A stretch of DNA of 64,000 bases from an archaeon (GCA_030605415.1 JAUWIJ010000002.1:14472-78471); one strand, 5' to 3'. Shown: positions 39,764 to 50,699, counted from the first letter of the stretch. Made by a program: numbers and translations. The notes: a model not told the origin generated them from the sequence alone.

Positions 39764-40507
39764 CTATAAAGAAGATATCCATCCGCCGTCTACAACTATT
39801 TCTTCTCCAGTCACATAAGAAGAAGCATCACTTGCTAAAAAAACTGCCGGACCTGCAATATCTATAGGCTTACCAGTTCTTTTCAACGGAAGTTTAGCCA
39901 ACATTCCCTGCCTTACTTTTTTATCCATTAAAAGCTCTTTAGTCATTGCAGTTTCTATAATTCCCGGATGGATTGAATTAACCCTTATCCCGGACGGACC
40001 ATATTCTACAGCTAAAGCTTTTGTCAATAATCTAATCCCTCCCTTACTTGCGCAATAAGCTGCAGCCTGACAAAATCCACCCATTCCAGCAACAGAAGAC
40101 AGGTTGATTATAGAAGCCCCTCTTTTCATATATTTTAAAGCCGCTTGTGAACACAAAAAATATCCTTTTAAATTTATATCAATTGTTTTATCCCAGTCTT
40201 CTTCCTTTAATGTTTTAGTATCTCCTATAATAAAAATTCCTGCATTATTAACTAGAATATCAATTTTTTTAAATTTTTTAATTACTTCTTGCATAAGATT
40301 TTCAACTTGCTCTTTGTTTGATATATCAGTTTTTACATAAACTGCCTTTCTTTTTAATGCTCTAATTTTACTAACTGTTGCACTTCCGGGAATAATATCC
40401 GAAACAACAACATCCGCCCCATTTCTTGCTAACTCAACAGCAATCGACTGTCCAATACCTCTCGCGGCACCAGTTACAATAGCTACTTTCCCCTTTAAAT
40501 TAAACAT
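39764..40507 (-). CDS. Short-chain dehydrogenase/reductase
   Basis: TGAARGIG, NNAG, YCASK. Confidence 0.93.
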   Translation of the reverse strand: MFNLKGKVAIVTGAARGIGQSIAVELARNGADVVVSDIIPGSATVSKIRALKRKAVYVKTDISNKEQVENLMQEVIKKFKKIDILVNNAGIFIIGDTKTLKEEDWDKTIDINLKGYFLCSQAALKYMKRGASIINLSSVAGMGGFCQAAAYCASKGGIRLLTKALAVEYGPSGIRVNSIHPGIIETAMTKELLMDKKVRQGMLAKLPLKRTGKPIDIAGPAVFLASDASSYVTGEEIVVDGGWISSL

Positions 40508-40651
40508 CTTACGCCTCTTCGGCGTTTAAAGTCAGTCTTGCTATTTAAAGGTTGTTATTTAATTCTTCGCATAAGTCACAATATCTATTTTAGGAAGCAC
40601 ACCAATTTAATTTTAAGAAGAGTTTTTAAACATTAGAAACCTTTCATTTTT

Positions 40652-40984
40652 ATGAAAGTGGTGAAACGTCCTTGGGGTGATTTTAAACGATTTACACTTA
40701 ATGAAAAGTGTACTGTAAAAATTCTTACTGTTAAGCCGAATCAGATTCTCAGTTTACAAAAACATAAAAATAGGGTTGAGCAATGGTATTTTTTAACAGA
40801 AGGATGGATACAACTTGGGACTAAAAAAAAGAAAATTAAAAAAGGAGAGATTGTGAACATTCAAAAAATGCAGGCACATAGAATTTTTGCCAAGAAAAAA
40901 GAAGTAAAAGTTTTAGAAATTTCTTCAGGAGAATTTGACGAAAAAGATGAGATAAGATTGGAGGATGAATATGAAAGAGTTTGA
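40652..40984 (+). CDS. Mannose-6-phosphate isomerase-like cupin
   Basis: RPWG, LSLQKH..R.E.W, DEIRLED. Confidence 0.85.
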   Translation: MKVVKRPWGDFKRFTLNEKCTVKILTVKPNQILSLQKHKNRVEQWYFLTEGWIQLGTKKKKIKKGEIVNIQKMQAHRIFAKKKEVKVLEISSGEFDEKDEIRLEDEYERV

Positions 40985-41831
40985 AAAACTTAAAAAGAGA
41001 AAGATTGACGGAGGACGTGCTAAAGTAATTGCGATAGATTTGGGAGGAACTAATTTGAGAATTGCTATTATCCGACATGGAAAAATTTTGAAATATTTGA
41101 AAGAGAAAACTCCTAATACGGCTGTAAAAATTAAGAAGAGAATTTTTGAGTTAATCGAAAATTATATGTCTAAAGAAATAAAAGGAATTGCTGTTGCTTC
41201 GCCTGGTCCGTTGAAAGATGGGACAATAAAGAATCCTCCGAATTTACCTTTAAGGAATTATAATTTAAAGAAAGCTTTGGAAAAGAAATTTAAGATTTCT
41301 ATTGTTGTTAAAAATGATGCTGATTGTGTTGCTTATGCTGAATTAAATATGGGCTATAAGAAAAAGAACTTTGTTTTATTAACTCTTGGAACAGGAATTG
41401 GTGGAGGGGTTGTTATAAACGGAAAGCTTTATCGAGGGGAAGGTTATGCTGGGGAGCTTGGACATATTATTTTAGATGATGGTAAAGATTTTGAAAGTTT
41501 GGTTGCTTCAAAGAACTTAAAGGCTGTGACGAAAAAAGTTTTTGGTAAACAGATGTTATTCCATGAATTAATGAAGATGAAGGATGTTAGGGCGAAGAAA
41601 ATATTGAATGAATTTACGGAATATTATGGGCAGGAAATTGCGTCGTTAATTCATTGTTTTGATCCAGAGATGGTTATTTTGGCTGGAGGAATTAGCGAAT
41701 GTGGGATGGGTTTTTTAAATATGATAAAACGTCATGCGGCGAAGTATCTCCAGTTACCTAAAAAAACTCCGATTTGTTGGACTAAATTAAAACATCCCGG
41801 GATAATAGGGGCAAGTCTTTATTTTAAATAA
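40965..41831 (+). CDS. ROK family sugar kinase
   Basis: DLGGT, NDAD, TLGTGIGGG, GELGH. Confidence 0.92.
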   Translation: MNMKEFEKLKKRKIDGGRAKVIAIDLGGTNLRIAIIRHGKILKYLKEKTPNTAVKIKKRIFELIENYMSKEIKGIAVASPGPLKDGTIKNPPNLPLRNYNLKKALEKKFKISIVVKNDADCVAYAELNMGYKKKNFVLLTLGTGIGGGVVINGKLYRGEGYAGELGHIILDDGKDFESLVASKNLKAVTKKVFGKQMLFHELMKMKDVRAKKILNEFTEYYGQEIASLIHCFDPEMVILAGGISECGMGFLNMIKRHAAKYLQLPKKTPICWTKLKHPGIIGASLYFK

Positions 41832-41836
41832 AAATA

Positions 41837-42688
41837 ATGGTAAGAAAAATAAAAAAAGTTGTTGCTCCTGTAAGAGTTGATTTTGGCGGGGGCACTACAG
41901 ATATAGAACCCTTTTATTCTAAATATGGGGGTGCAGTCTTAAATTGTTCTATCCAAAAATATATTGTTGGAGAAATTATTTCTAATAATAAAAATGTTAG
42001 TTTAAAATATTCTGGCAATATTCCGACAAGTAGCGGGTTGGGAACTTCTGGCGCAATGACTCTTGTTTGGTTGGCATTAATTACTGGAGAAAAGGACAAG
42101 GGAAAATTATGTGAATGGGTTTATAACATTTCGCAGGCAAGAGAACTTTTTAACGATGGAAAACAAGACCAGTATGCGGCAGCTTTTGGGGGAATTAATT
42201 TTTTTGAATTTGATAAAAAAGGAAAAGTTAAAATTAGCAAATTAAATTTGAAGAAATCCATTATTAAAAAACTGGAAAATAATCTTACTTTAGTTTACAC
42301 CGGAAAGCCGCATTATTCAGGAGATACTAATAGCGCTATGATTAACAATTTAAAGAAAGGAAAAAATGTTAATAATTTTTTGGCTATAAAAAGAATTGCC
42401 TATAATATGAAGCAAGCTTTATTAAGAGAAGATTTGGAAAAATTTGCCAGTCTTATGAACGAAGAAACCAGACAGAGAAAGATGTTGGATAAAACCATTG
42501 TCCCAAAAAATCTTCAAGAATTAATTAAAGAAGGAATGAAGAATGGAGCGAAAGCAGCAAAAATTTGTGGATCTGGCGGTGGCGGGAGTATTTTATTTTT
42601 TGGAAATAAAAAGAAATTAAAGAAAAAGTTTGGTTCAAAAGTAATTGATTTTAAGTTTGATTTCAATGGATTAAGGTGGATAAAATGA
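41837..42688 (+). CDS. GHMP sugar-phosphate kinase (HddA-like)
   Basis: APVRVDFGGGTTD, PTSSGLGTSG, GKQDQY, GSGGGG. Confidence 0.88.
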   Translation: MVRKIKKVVAPVRVDFGGGTTDIEPFYSKYGGAVLNCSIQKYIVGEIISNNKNVSLKYSGNIPTSSGLGTSGAMTLVWLALITGEKDKGKLCEWVYNISQARELFNDGKQDQYAAAFGGINFFEFDKKGKVKISKLNLKKSIIKKLENNLTLVYTGKPHYSGDTNSAMINNLKKGKNVNNFLAIKRIAYNMKQALLREDLEKFASLMNEETRQRKMLDKTIVPKNLQELIKEGMKNGAKAAKICGSGGGGSILFFGNKKKLKKKFGSKVIDFKFDFNGLRWIK

Positions 42689-43761
42689 AAATTAAAAGAA
42701 AACTTTTTATGAAATCATCTGAGAATGACTGGGAAGCAAAAGCTGTTCTAAACCCCAGTGTTGTGAAAGATAAAGATGGAACAGAGCATATGTTTTACAG
42801 AGCTGTTGCAAAAAATGGTGTTTCAAGTATAGGTTATGCTAAAATTACCAAAGGAAAAATTGAAAGATTTGATAAACCTGTGCTTTTTCCGACGAAGGGT
42901 TATGAGATTAAGGGAGTTGAAGATCCAAGAGTAACAAAAATCGGTAATATTTATTATATGTTATATACCACTTTTAACGGAAAAGATGCTCGGATTGCTT
43001 ATGCCGTTTCTAAAAATTTAAAAGATTGGGAAAAAAAAGGGATTATTAGTCCAAATATTTCTGTTATTGAAGCAAGAAAGTTAGTCAAAATAAAAAAATA
43101 TAGAGATAGGTGGAAGCACCAGGAAATTTATGGGACTCATATTTGTTTATGGAATAAAGACGCTGTGTTATTTCCTGAGAAGATTGATGGAAAGTTTGTA
43201 ATGCTTCATAGACTTTTGCCAGACATTCAGATTATAAAATTTAGGAGCTTTTCTGAATTGAAGAGTGATAATTTTTGGAGGGAGTATATTGAGAATTTAA
43301 GCGAGGACAGTGACAAGATTTCGTTGTATCGTCGATATGATTGGGAGGGTGAGCATATTGGGGCTGGGGCTGTTCCAATTAAAACAAAAAAAGGATGGCT
43401 TTTGATTTACCATGGAGTTGAGTTACAGGATAAAGGGTTTTTCCTTAATTTATTTAATAGAATTTATTGTAATATTGAGGGTATACTTGGCAGGTTGAGA
43501 AATAAAAGATTACCGCTTATTTATCATACTGGTGCCGCCTTACTAGATTTAAAAAGACCAGAAATTGAAGTTGCTAGATTAAAAGAATCCTTATTTTCTC
43601 CAAAACATGATTGGGAAAAAGAAGGAGATATAAATGATGTTGTTTTTCCAGAAGGTGCGGTTGTCAAGGGCGATAAATTAAAAATTTACTATGGATGTTC
43701 TGATTCGAGAATTGGATTGGCTGAATTAAATCTTAAAGAATTACTAAAAAAACTTAAATGA
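42685..43761 (+). CDS. GH130-like glycosidase/mannoside phosphorylase
   Basis: LNPSV, GVEDPR, NKDAVLFP, LIYHGV, VVFP, IYYG. Confidence 0.88.
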   Translation: MKIKRKLFMKSSENDWEAKAVLNPSVVKDKDGTEHMFYRAVAKNGVSSIGYAKITKGKIERFDKPVLFPTKGYEIKGVEDPRVTKIGNIYYMLYTTFNGKDARIAYAVSKNLKDWEKKGIISPNISVIEARKLVKIKKYRDRWKHQEIYGTHICLWNKDAVLFPEKIDGKFVMLHRLLPDIQIIKFRSFSELKSDNFWREYIENLSEDSDKISLYRRYDWEGEHIGAGAVPIKTKKGWLLIYHGVELQDKGFFLNLFNRIYCNIEGILGRLRNKRLPLIYHTGAALLDLKRPEIEVARLKESLFSPKHDWEKEGDINDVVFPEGAVVKGDKLKIYYGCSDSRIGLAELNLKELLKKLK

Positions 43762-44074
43762 TTTTTGAGAATATTCTTTTAGGGCATTAATATAATTATT
43801 TGAATAATAAGCTATCCCGCATGAACGCGGAAGATAACTACTGATCTACACAACTTTTTTTACTATAATAAATTAAATTTAAATATGTTGGGGCTAATAA
43901 ATTTTTTAGTTAAAAATTATACTTAATTAATAAGACGAAAACTATCCTATATTTCATAGGTTCTTACCGAAGAGTTAAACAATTTAAAATCAAAAAATAA
44001 TCCTAGGCAGATTTAAGTTATCTTAAAAATATTAAAACACTATACTTTAAAATCTCTAATTTGTTTAAATTTTT

Positions 44075-44686
44075 ATGATATGGCAGATAAAAATTGTTAA
44101 ACCTTTTTCTGAAAATCAGATTGAGGAAAAGAGTTATGAAATTAATTTAAATAAAAATAAAAGTATCTATAAGGTTATTAAAGAATTTGAAGATGAAATT
44201 TTAAATAAGGCTGGTTTTGGAAAGGTTGTAATGGAATTTGGTGATGTTGAACTTGGGGAGATTATTAATCTTCATAATTCAGAGGGAATAAGGGATATTT
44301 CTCAGATAAGGCGCATGGCTAAGGATATTAAATTAGGTAAGCATATTTTTAATAAATCTGGAATTCCAAACATAAAACTTATTAAATCAAATAAAGGGGA
44401 GTTAGTTTTATTTGATGGACATCATTCAATACTTGCTTATATGTTAAATGATAAAAAAAGGTTGGATGAGATTCCATATTTAATTATAGAAAAAAAAGGG
44501 GGATTTGATGATGAAAAAATTAAGGAGTTTTTTATAGAGCATAAGAATAAATTAAAAAATAAAGATTGGAGAAAATTTGTTATAAACTGGCAGGCAGATG
44601 AAGAAAATCAGTTAGTTGAAAGAAAAGAAAAGTGTATGGATGATGTTTTTAATAATATTAAAAATTTATTTTATTCTAAAAATTAA
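44075..44686 (+). CDS. ParB/sulfiredoxin-fold protein
   Basis: PNIKLI..LFDGHHSILAY. Confidence 0.5.
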   Translation: MIWQIKIVKPFSENQIEEKSYEINLNKNKSIYKVIKEFEDEILNKAGFGKVVMEFGDVELGEIINLHNSEGIRDISQIRRMAKDIKLGKHIFNKSGIPNIKLIKSNKGELVLFDGHHSILAYMLNDKKRLDEIPYLIIEKKGGFDDEKIKEFFIEHKNKLKNKDWRKFVINWQADEENQLVERKEKCMDDVFNNIKNLFYSKN

Positions 44687-44896
44687 GAAAGGTAAACTCT
44701 AATCTTAATTTTTTAATTATAAATGAAATGTGATAAGAGTATTAGTTTTGCATGAGGAGATTTTAAAGAATATGAATTTTCTCAAGTGGATTAAAATGTT
44801 TTTAATTAGCAAAATTATCCTCTGCAAACAACAAGACGTTCTTAAATTTAAAATCATATATTACATTATAAAATTAAAATTGTTTTTCCTGATTTT

Positions 44897-47143
44897 TTAC
44901 ACTAAATTTTCTTTAATCTTATTTCTTTTAACTTCTTCAATATAAAGTCTTGAAATTAAATAACAGATAGTTGATTCAGCACCTTGGTTAAGGTTCACTG
45001 AGTGTTCTCCAAGACCATCAAAACAACCGCCTGTTGTTTCGTCGTAAACTATTTGGTTGAGGTGATTTTTCCCGAAGAACCAGTTAAAAGAGAAAATTGC
45101 TTTTTCATAGTATTTTTCATTGTTCGTTATCGAATATGCTGTTAAAAATGTGTGGACTAATGATGATGCATCGACCGGCTGTTGGTCGAAAAATGCCCTT
45201 TTTCCATTTTTTTTACACCAACCATTTTGTCCAATCAAACATATTTTATCATCGATAAATATTAATTCCGCCAAAAAGTTCAAAGACTTCTCCGCAATTT
45301 CTAAATATTTTTTATTCTTTGTTGTTTCATATGCCAAATATAATGCTTCAGGTAGTTTTGAATTTGAATATGAAATAATTTCTTCGAACCAGTTCCAATC
45401 TTCCGAGCATTCATTTTTGTAGCATTCAATTAGATAATCTGCAAGATTTTGTATCAGAATTACTGTTTCATCTTTTGGAATTTTTTTATTGTAGTGATAT
45501 AATCCAACTATTGAAAATGCGACTGCTCTTGGAGATTTTATTTTTCTTAAAATGTTCAATGATTTTCTTAGGAGGCTTTCTGCTTTTTGTATTTGTTCCG
45601 AATCACTTGATTTATTAATAGTGTATCCTAACGACCAGATTGCTCTTCCGAATGAATCGTCGCTATGAGAATCTATTATTTTATTATTGTTTTCTATGTT
45701 GTTCCGGAAGTTGCCCGTTTCGTCTTGGCAGTGTTCAATAAATTTGAGATATATGTTTGAGAGGGCAAAAGAAATTTGAGAGTCAAAGAGTTTATTATGA
45801 AGGATTGTTGCTATTAGTGCGCGGGAGTTGTCATCTATTGTATATCCGGAACTTAAGTCTGGGATAGTGTTATTCGCGAACTGTATCATACCGAAGTCAT
45901 CTGTCATGTTCACGAGGTGGTCTAATTTTATTTCAGGGAATTTGTCTATTATTTCATCTTTTAATTTTAGAGCTTTGTTGAATACTTTTAGATAGCCAAT
46001 TGCAACATTTGCCCATGTCATTGACCTTGTGTAAGTGTAAGCGTTTCTTTCAATTGTTTTTTTCAGTTCTGGATTTGAAAGAATTTTATCGATTTTTTGG
46101 GCATATAGCTCGGAATTTTTCTCTTCAACTATGACCCCCCTATCTTTAGCTAAAAATTCTTTTGCATATATAATTGGAGTTGACACAATTGTTCTGCCAC
46201 AACCCATTGCATAAGATAATGTTCCACTTACTATTTGATTTTTATCAAGATTAGTAAAAACATAAATATCTGTCGAGAGGAGACATTCAATTATTTCCTG
46301 AAGCGTTAAATATTTATTATAAAATTTTACATTATTTTTCAAACCCAGTTTTTCTATTTCTCGCATAAGTTCTTTTCGATATTTTTCGCCCTCCTCTTTT
46401 CTTACAACAGGGTGAGTTTCCCCTATTATTAAATATAGAATATTAGGATATTTTTCAACAAGTTTTGGAAGAGCACGTATCATATATTCTATTCCTTTTC
46501 CTTTATTCAGAAATCCAAAAGTTGATAAGATAATTTTATTTTCAACGTGCAATCTTTTTTTGAAAGCCTCTTGTGAAGCAAATGGAACACTAGGAATACC
46601 ATGCGGGATAAAATGAAGTTTATTTTCATCAATTCCATAATCATTTTTTAGGATTTCTATGGCCGTTCTTGCCATGACTACTATAGCCAAACTTTTATCA
46701 CAGAGAGATTTCACAATTCTTTTTATTATTTTGTTAGGATTTGGAAGAATCGAATGGAAAGTTACCACAACTGGTTTTTCGATGAGTTCCAAAAAAGGGA
46801 TGAGATGATTACCGCATTCTCCGCCGAATATTCCAAATTCATGCTGAATACAAACTAACTTAATTTCTTTTGATTGATTAATTTCTTTTGCTTTGTTAAT
46901 GTAATCGTCTATGTCGTCCTTATTTATTTCCATTATGACATTCCTATTATAATTATAGAAGTGGGCATCATCATTTAAGGCTATGATTCGCGATTTTAAT
47001 TTCGGATTGAATTCCCGATTCATTGCAGAAGATAAATCTTGTGTAAATGTAGCTATTCCACATTCCTTCGGAGGAAATGTGCTTAAAAAACAAATTTTTG
47101 GACTAGAGGGGTCCAAATCCTCATCATTTATTACCTCTTTCAT
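44897..47143 (-). CDS. GT4 glycosyltransferase fused to a six-hairpin glycosidase-like domain
   Basis: STFPPKECGIATF, QHEFGIFGG, SGTLSYA, GYTIDDNSRAL, FDQQP, NQGAEST. Confidence 0.88.
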   Translation of the reverse strand: MKEVINDEDLDPSSPKICFLSTFPPKECGIATFTQDLSSAMNREFNPKLKSRIIALNDDAHFYNYNRNVIMEINKDDIDDYINKAKEINQSKEIKLVCIQHEFGIFGGECGNHLIPFLELIEKPVVVTFHSILPNPNKIIKRIVKSLCDKSLAIVVMARTAIEILKNDYGIDENKLHFIPHGIPSVPFASQEAFKKRLHVENKIILSTFGFLNKGKGIEYMIRALPKLVEKYPNILYLIIGETHPVVRKEEGEKYRKELMREIEKLGLKNNVKFYNKYLTLQEIIECLLSTDIYVFTNLDKNQIVSGTLSYAMGCGRTIVSTPIIYAKEFLAKDRGVIVEEKNSELYAQKIDKILSNPELKKTIERNAYTYTRSMTWANVAIGYLKVFNKALKLKDEIIDKFPEIKLDHLVNMTDDFGMIQFANNTIPDLSSGYTIDDNSRALIATILHNKLFDSQISFALSNIYLKFIEHCQDETGNFRNNIENNNKIIDSHSDDSFGRAIWSLGYTINKSSDSEQIQKAESLLRKSLNILRKIKSPRAVAFSIVGLYHYNKKIPKDETVILIQNLADYLIECYKNECSEDWNWFEEIISYSNSKLPEALYLAYETTKNKKYLEIAEKSLNFLAELIFIDDKICLIGQNGWCKKNGKRAFFDQQPVDASSLVHTFLTAYSITNNEKYYEKAIFSFNWFFGKNHLNQIVYDETTGGCFDGLGEHSVNLNQGAESTICYLISRLYIEEVKRNKIKENLV

Positions 47144-47148
47144 GTGTG

Positions 47149-47856
47149 CTAAGATTTTGGGCGTTTATAAGGTTTATTGGGGTTTATTTTTCTACCAAAA
47201 GTCTTGCTAATCTCGTCTCGAATATTTAATTCTTGGCAGTCATTATATAAATCAGAAACTCGGATATTCACAAGTTCGGTCGGACTCCTTATCCCTGAAT
47301 CGTATAAAAACATAATTAAAACCTTGTATTTGTGTTTGGCACTATCACACATTTTTTTTATTTGGTCTTCATTTAGATAAACCCATTTGGGTTTCGCCCT
47401 GCTTGTATCTAAATCTACCGTTATATCCTTAATCTCAATTCCTTCCTTTCTGTTCACTTTTTGGTGCCAGTGCCAGAATGCTTTAATGCTTTTCACAAAA
47501 TCTGCTGTTGATTTATATTCCTCTCCGTCTAATCTTCTGATATCTCCATTTCTCATTTTGGCAAAAAAGGTCATTATTTGTTCTTCGGTTATGTTTAATA
47601 TCGATTCTATAGAGTAGGCTTCTTCTAGCATTTTGAATAAAAATATCATTCTCTGTCGGAGATTGTTTAATCGTATATAGCTTCTTCCTCCCTTTACACT
47701 CTTGGTAGAAATGTTTATTCCCAATTCCATGTCGTTTAAATATTTTAGAATAATCTCTGAGTTCTGTCTAGAAAGTTCTGGAATTTTTCCATTAGCAAAT
47801 ATATCTTCTTTCCATTTTTTGTATTTTTCTTTATGTTTGTATGGGTCTATTTTCAT
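47149..47856 (-). pseudogene. C-terminally truncated tyrosine integrase next to tRNA-Glu
   Basis: LYDSGIRSPTEL..SKTFGRKIN then ends; HxxR, H and catalytic Tyr are missing. Confidence 0.75.
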
Positions 47857-47942
47857 ATTTTGTATAGCCAGATTGTTTTAAAAAACAATCTGTGTCGATT
47901 CAACACAAAATCGAGTCCCATACGGATGCCAAAAAGGTAACA

Positions 47943-48015
47943 CGCTCCCACCGGGATTTGAACCCGGGTCGTTGCCGTGAAAGGGCAATATCCTTGGCCA
48001 CTAGACTATAGGAGC
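47943..48015 (-). tRNA. tRNA-Glu(UUC)
   Basis: GCTCCTA/TGGGAGC acceptor, TTGCC-CT-TTC-AC-GGCAA anticodon arm, GGTTCAAATCC. Confidence 0.93.
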
Positions 48016-48050
48016 ATACATTCAAACATTGAATTTGATTTTTAAAACTT

Positions 48051-48362
48051 GCTATTGGATTTGAACCCAGGTCGTTGCCGATTGAAAGGGTGAGTGATTC
48101 GCTCCGAATAAAACTAAAACAAAACCAAAAATATTTTACGAGGTGCAAATTGCGAAAAAGTATCCTTGGCCACTAGACTATAGGAGCATAATTCTAATGA
48201 CCAAAATTCATTTTTAAAACTTGCTATTGGATTTGAACCCAGGTCGTTGCCGATTGAAAGGGTGAGTGATTCGCTCGAATTTTGTCCAAAGAAGAAAATA
48301 AAATTGACAAAATTTCAGAGTGAATTATGAATAAGTATCCTTGGCCACTAGACTATAGGAGC
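48051..48362 (-). repeat. Two tandem tRNA-Glu pseudo-copies (~172-175 bp period) with variable hairpin inserts
   Basis: Copies at 48051-48187 and 48223-48362 keep the tRNA 5' end through the D arm plus a mutated anticodon/T arm; a further 17-nt 5' fragment lies at 49325-49341. Confidence 0.85.
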
Positions 48363-48504
48363 TTTTGATTTGTTAACACTTAGTTAACCTCAATAATCCC
48401 TTGAGATTACCCATAGAATAAAAGTGCGATTTCAATTTATAAAGTTAACTTTATGTCTTAATCGATAATAGTGCGGGAGTTTTATTTATTTTTCTATCTG
48501 CAAT

Positions 48505-49284
48505 TTATTTTTCAAAGAAGGGATGAAGACCTCCAGAAATATATTTCCCTCCGACATTATGTCCACATCTAAGCGAAGTATCACAATAAATCTTGAATCC
48601 ATTATCACCCAACTGTTTAAAAAATTGTATATCATCAGTAACACTTTTTGTTTCAATAAACTTTTTATGAATTGGTAAAATGCCATATTTCGCATCGCAA
48701 ATCAAAGCCTCTCTAGACAAAAGACAACAACCAGCAGAAGGAATCAGAACCTCCAATAAATTCCCACTATCAGCTTCTACCATAAGCAACTGTCTACTAA
48801 TCCAATCCAAATCAGCATCAGGATAAACTTTTCTGTATGCTTCTTTCTCTTCCTCCTTAATCTCAAACTTTTTCCAACAAATAGGCTCTAATTTATTTAC
48901 CCCGTTTCTTGCAAAATAATTAAAATAAAGACCACTTACAACATCTTTCTCGTGCGACAACAACCGATTCAAAATATCATCCTCAACCATTACATCACAA
49001 TCCATCATAAGCAGATAGTCATAATTTTTACTAATAGCATAATCAATAATCTTATTCCTCGAAGAAATCAGTCTAAACATATTACTTTCCTCATCAGTAT
49101 CATCATAAAAAACTCTTATCCCTCGAATACTTCGTAATTTCTTAAAAAACTTCTTCGTCTTCGAATTATCAAATAAAACGATTTTATAATTTAAATAATC
49201 AATATTTTTCAATCTCATTATAAATTCATCTATACAATATTCCATTCCACCATAAACAGGAGCAGCAATCAATATTTTATCCAT
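48505..49284 (-). CDS. GT-A fold glycosyltransferase (GT2/Anp1-like)
   Basis: FDNS, SRN, MDCDV (DxD), DVVSGLY, GCCLL, DDIQF. Confidence 0.8.
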   Translation of the reverse strand: MDKILIAAPVYGGMEYCIDEFIMRLKNIDYLNYKIVLFDNSKTKKFFKKLRSIRGIRVFYDDTDEESNMFRLISSRNKIIDYAISKNYDYLLMMDCDVMVEDDILNRLLSHEKDVVSGLYFNYFARNGVNKLEPICWKKFEIKEEEKEAYRKVYPDADLDWISRQLLMVEADSGNLLEVLIPSAGCCLLSREALICDAKYGILPIHKKFIETKSVTDDIQFFKQLGDNGFKIYCDTSLRCGHNVGGKYISGGLHPFFEK

Positions 49285-49463
49285 ATTATCCTATTCAAAT
49301 CAGGTATAAAAATGTTGAGAATAACACTAGACTATAGGAGCGTATATTTAAACATAGGTTTTGATTTTTAAAGGTTGTGTTGTGGAGTCGCTGTTAATTA
49401 AAGAAGGTATTTTAATTTGCAGGGCTACAAAATATTTATATAGCTTATCGTCGTCCATTTAAA

Positions 49464-50489
49464 ATGGTGGGTACTATTTATCGAATTAAATCGTCGGATT
49501 TTTCAGTGTGTGAAATTAATAAGAAATCCTGCAAGAAATGTGCGAATAAGTTTCCTGAAGCCGTTGCCGTTGCCGAACTTTTTAAGAAACATAATAATTT
49601 AAAAATGATTATCGATACAAAAAAACCAAAATTTTTAAAAGGCGGATTTTCACAAGGAAAAGTTGTTGGAGAGAGAATTGAAATTTTGCCCGACGGAAAA
49701 AAATTAAACAAAGCATATTCTTTATTTGCACCAGAGCTGACTATTCATGACGAGAAGTCAAATTCACATTGGGATATTATTTTTAAAAATCCAAATGGAG
49801 AATTCACTTATATTTATAGTGTTGAAAAGATGAAATTATCTACAGCAGCCAAATACAAAAGAGTCGACGAATTCTCAAAATGTCTGCCAAAATTGAAAAA
49901 AAATTTAATCAGGGCCATTAATAATGATGCCTTAGTTTTACCAATGCTAATTTTATTAAAAACAAAAATGAGAGTAGGGAATGAAATTTATTATTTGAAA
50001 AATCATCACAAAGGACTAACCACATTAAAGAAAAAAGACATTAAAATTATTGGAAACGAAGTAACATTTGAATACATTGCCAAAGACGGAGTGCCCCAAA
50101 AAATCCATGAAAACTTTTCTGAGAAAGTAATTAAAAAATTAAAAGAAATTTTGAGACCAAAGAAGATGAACGATTTTATTTTTGTGGACTCAAAAGGGCA
50201 CCCACTAAAGGACACAGAATTTGAACGAGCATTTGAAAAATATTGCGGAAAAAAATTTTATCCGCATATTGTTAGATCTCATTATGCCACCAATGAAACA
50301 GAGAAAATTTTAAAGAAAAAGAAAACAATATCAAAAGATGAAGTAAAGAAATTTCTTTTAAAAATTGCGGAAAAATTAGGACATAAGAAATTCTCAAAAA
50401 AACTGGGATGGGAAAATTCATATCAAGTAACCCTTCATCATTATGTCCGACCAGAATTAGTTGAAAAAATTGCGAAATTAACACAATAA
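49464..50489 (+). CDS. DNA topoisomerase IB, short bacterial/poxvirus type
   Basis: MRVGNE, GLTTL, YIAKDG, VRSHYA, LGH, HHYV match the Topo IB catalytic set. Confidence 0.8.
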   Translation: MVGTIYRIKSSDFSVCEINKKSCKKCANKFPEAVAVAELFKKHNNLKMIIDTKKPKFLKGGFSQGKVVGERIEILPDGKKLNKAYSLFAPELTIHDEKSNSHWDIIFKNPNGEFTYIYSVEKMKLSTAAKYKRVDEFSKCLPKLKKNLIRAINNDALVLPMLILLKTKMRVGNEIYYLKNHHKGLTTLKKKDIKIIGNEVTFEYIAKDGVPQKIHENFSEKVIKKLKEILRPKKMNDFIFVDSKGHPLKDTEFERAFEKYCGKKFYPHIVRSHYATNETEKILKKKKTISKDEVKKFLLKIAEKLGHKKFSKKLGWENSYQVTLHHYVRPELVEKIAKLTQ

Positions 50490-50501
50490 AAACTTCAAAA
50501 A

Positions 50502-50699
50502 TTAACCTTTATGTTTAAAGAATTCTATTTGACGGAATCGCTTCATGACTTTCTCATAACTTCCTTTTTTAGCCAAAACTTTCGTTTTATCTTCGCTGAG
50601 AAGTCGAAAATCATATTTATCAGGAGTACCCTCGATTTTGTCTTTACCCGGATATTTTTTCCACCTCGTCGCTGATTTTTCTTTATATTGCAACACCAT
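50502..50699 (-). CDS. Small basic hypothetical protein
   Basis: 65 aa ending RFRQIEFFKH. Confidence 0.6.
   Translation of the reverse strand: MVLQYKEKSATRWKKYPGKDKIEGTPDKYDFRLLSEDKTKVLAKKGSYEKVMKRFRQIEFFKHKG

Noticed and set aside
40565-40592. Half dif-like sequence TCGCATAA-GTCACA-ATATC
   Set aside because: The right arm lacks TTATG symmetry.
47943-48362. Possible CRISPR array or intron-containing functional tRNA copies
   Set aside because: The repeats are tRNA-derived, the period (~173 bp) is too long and no cas genes are present; the copies lack a 3' acceptor strand.
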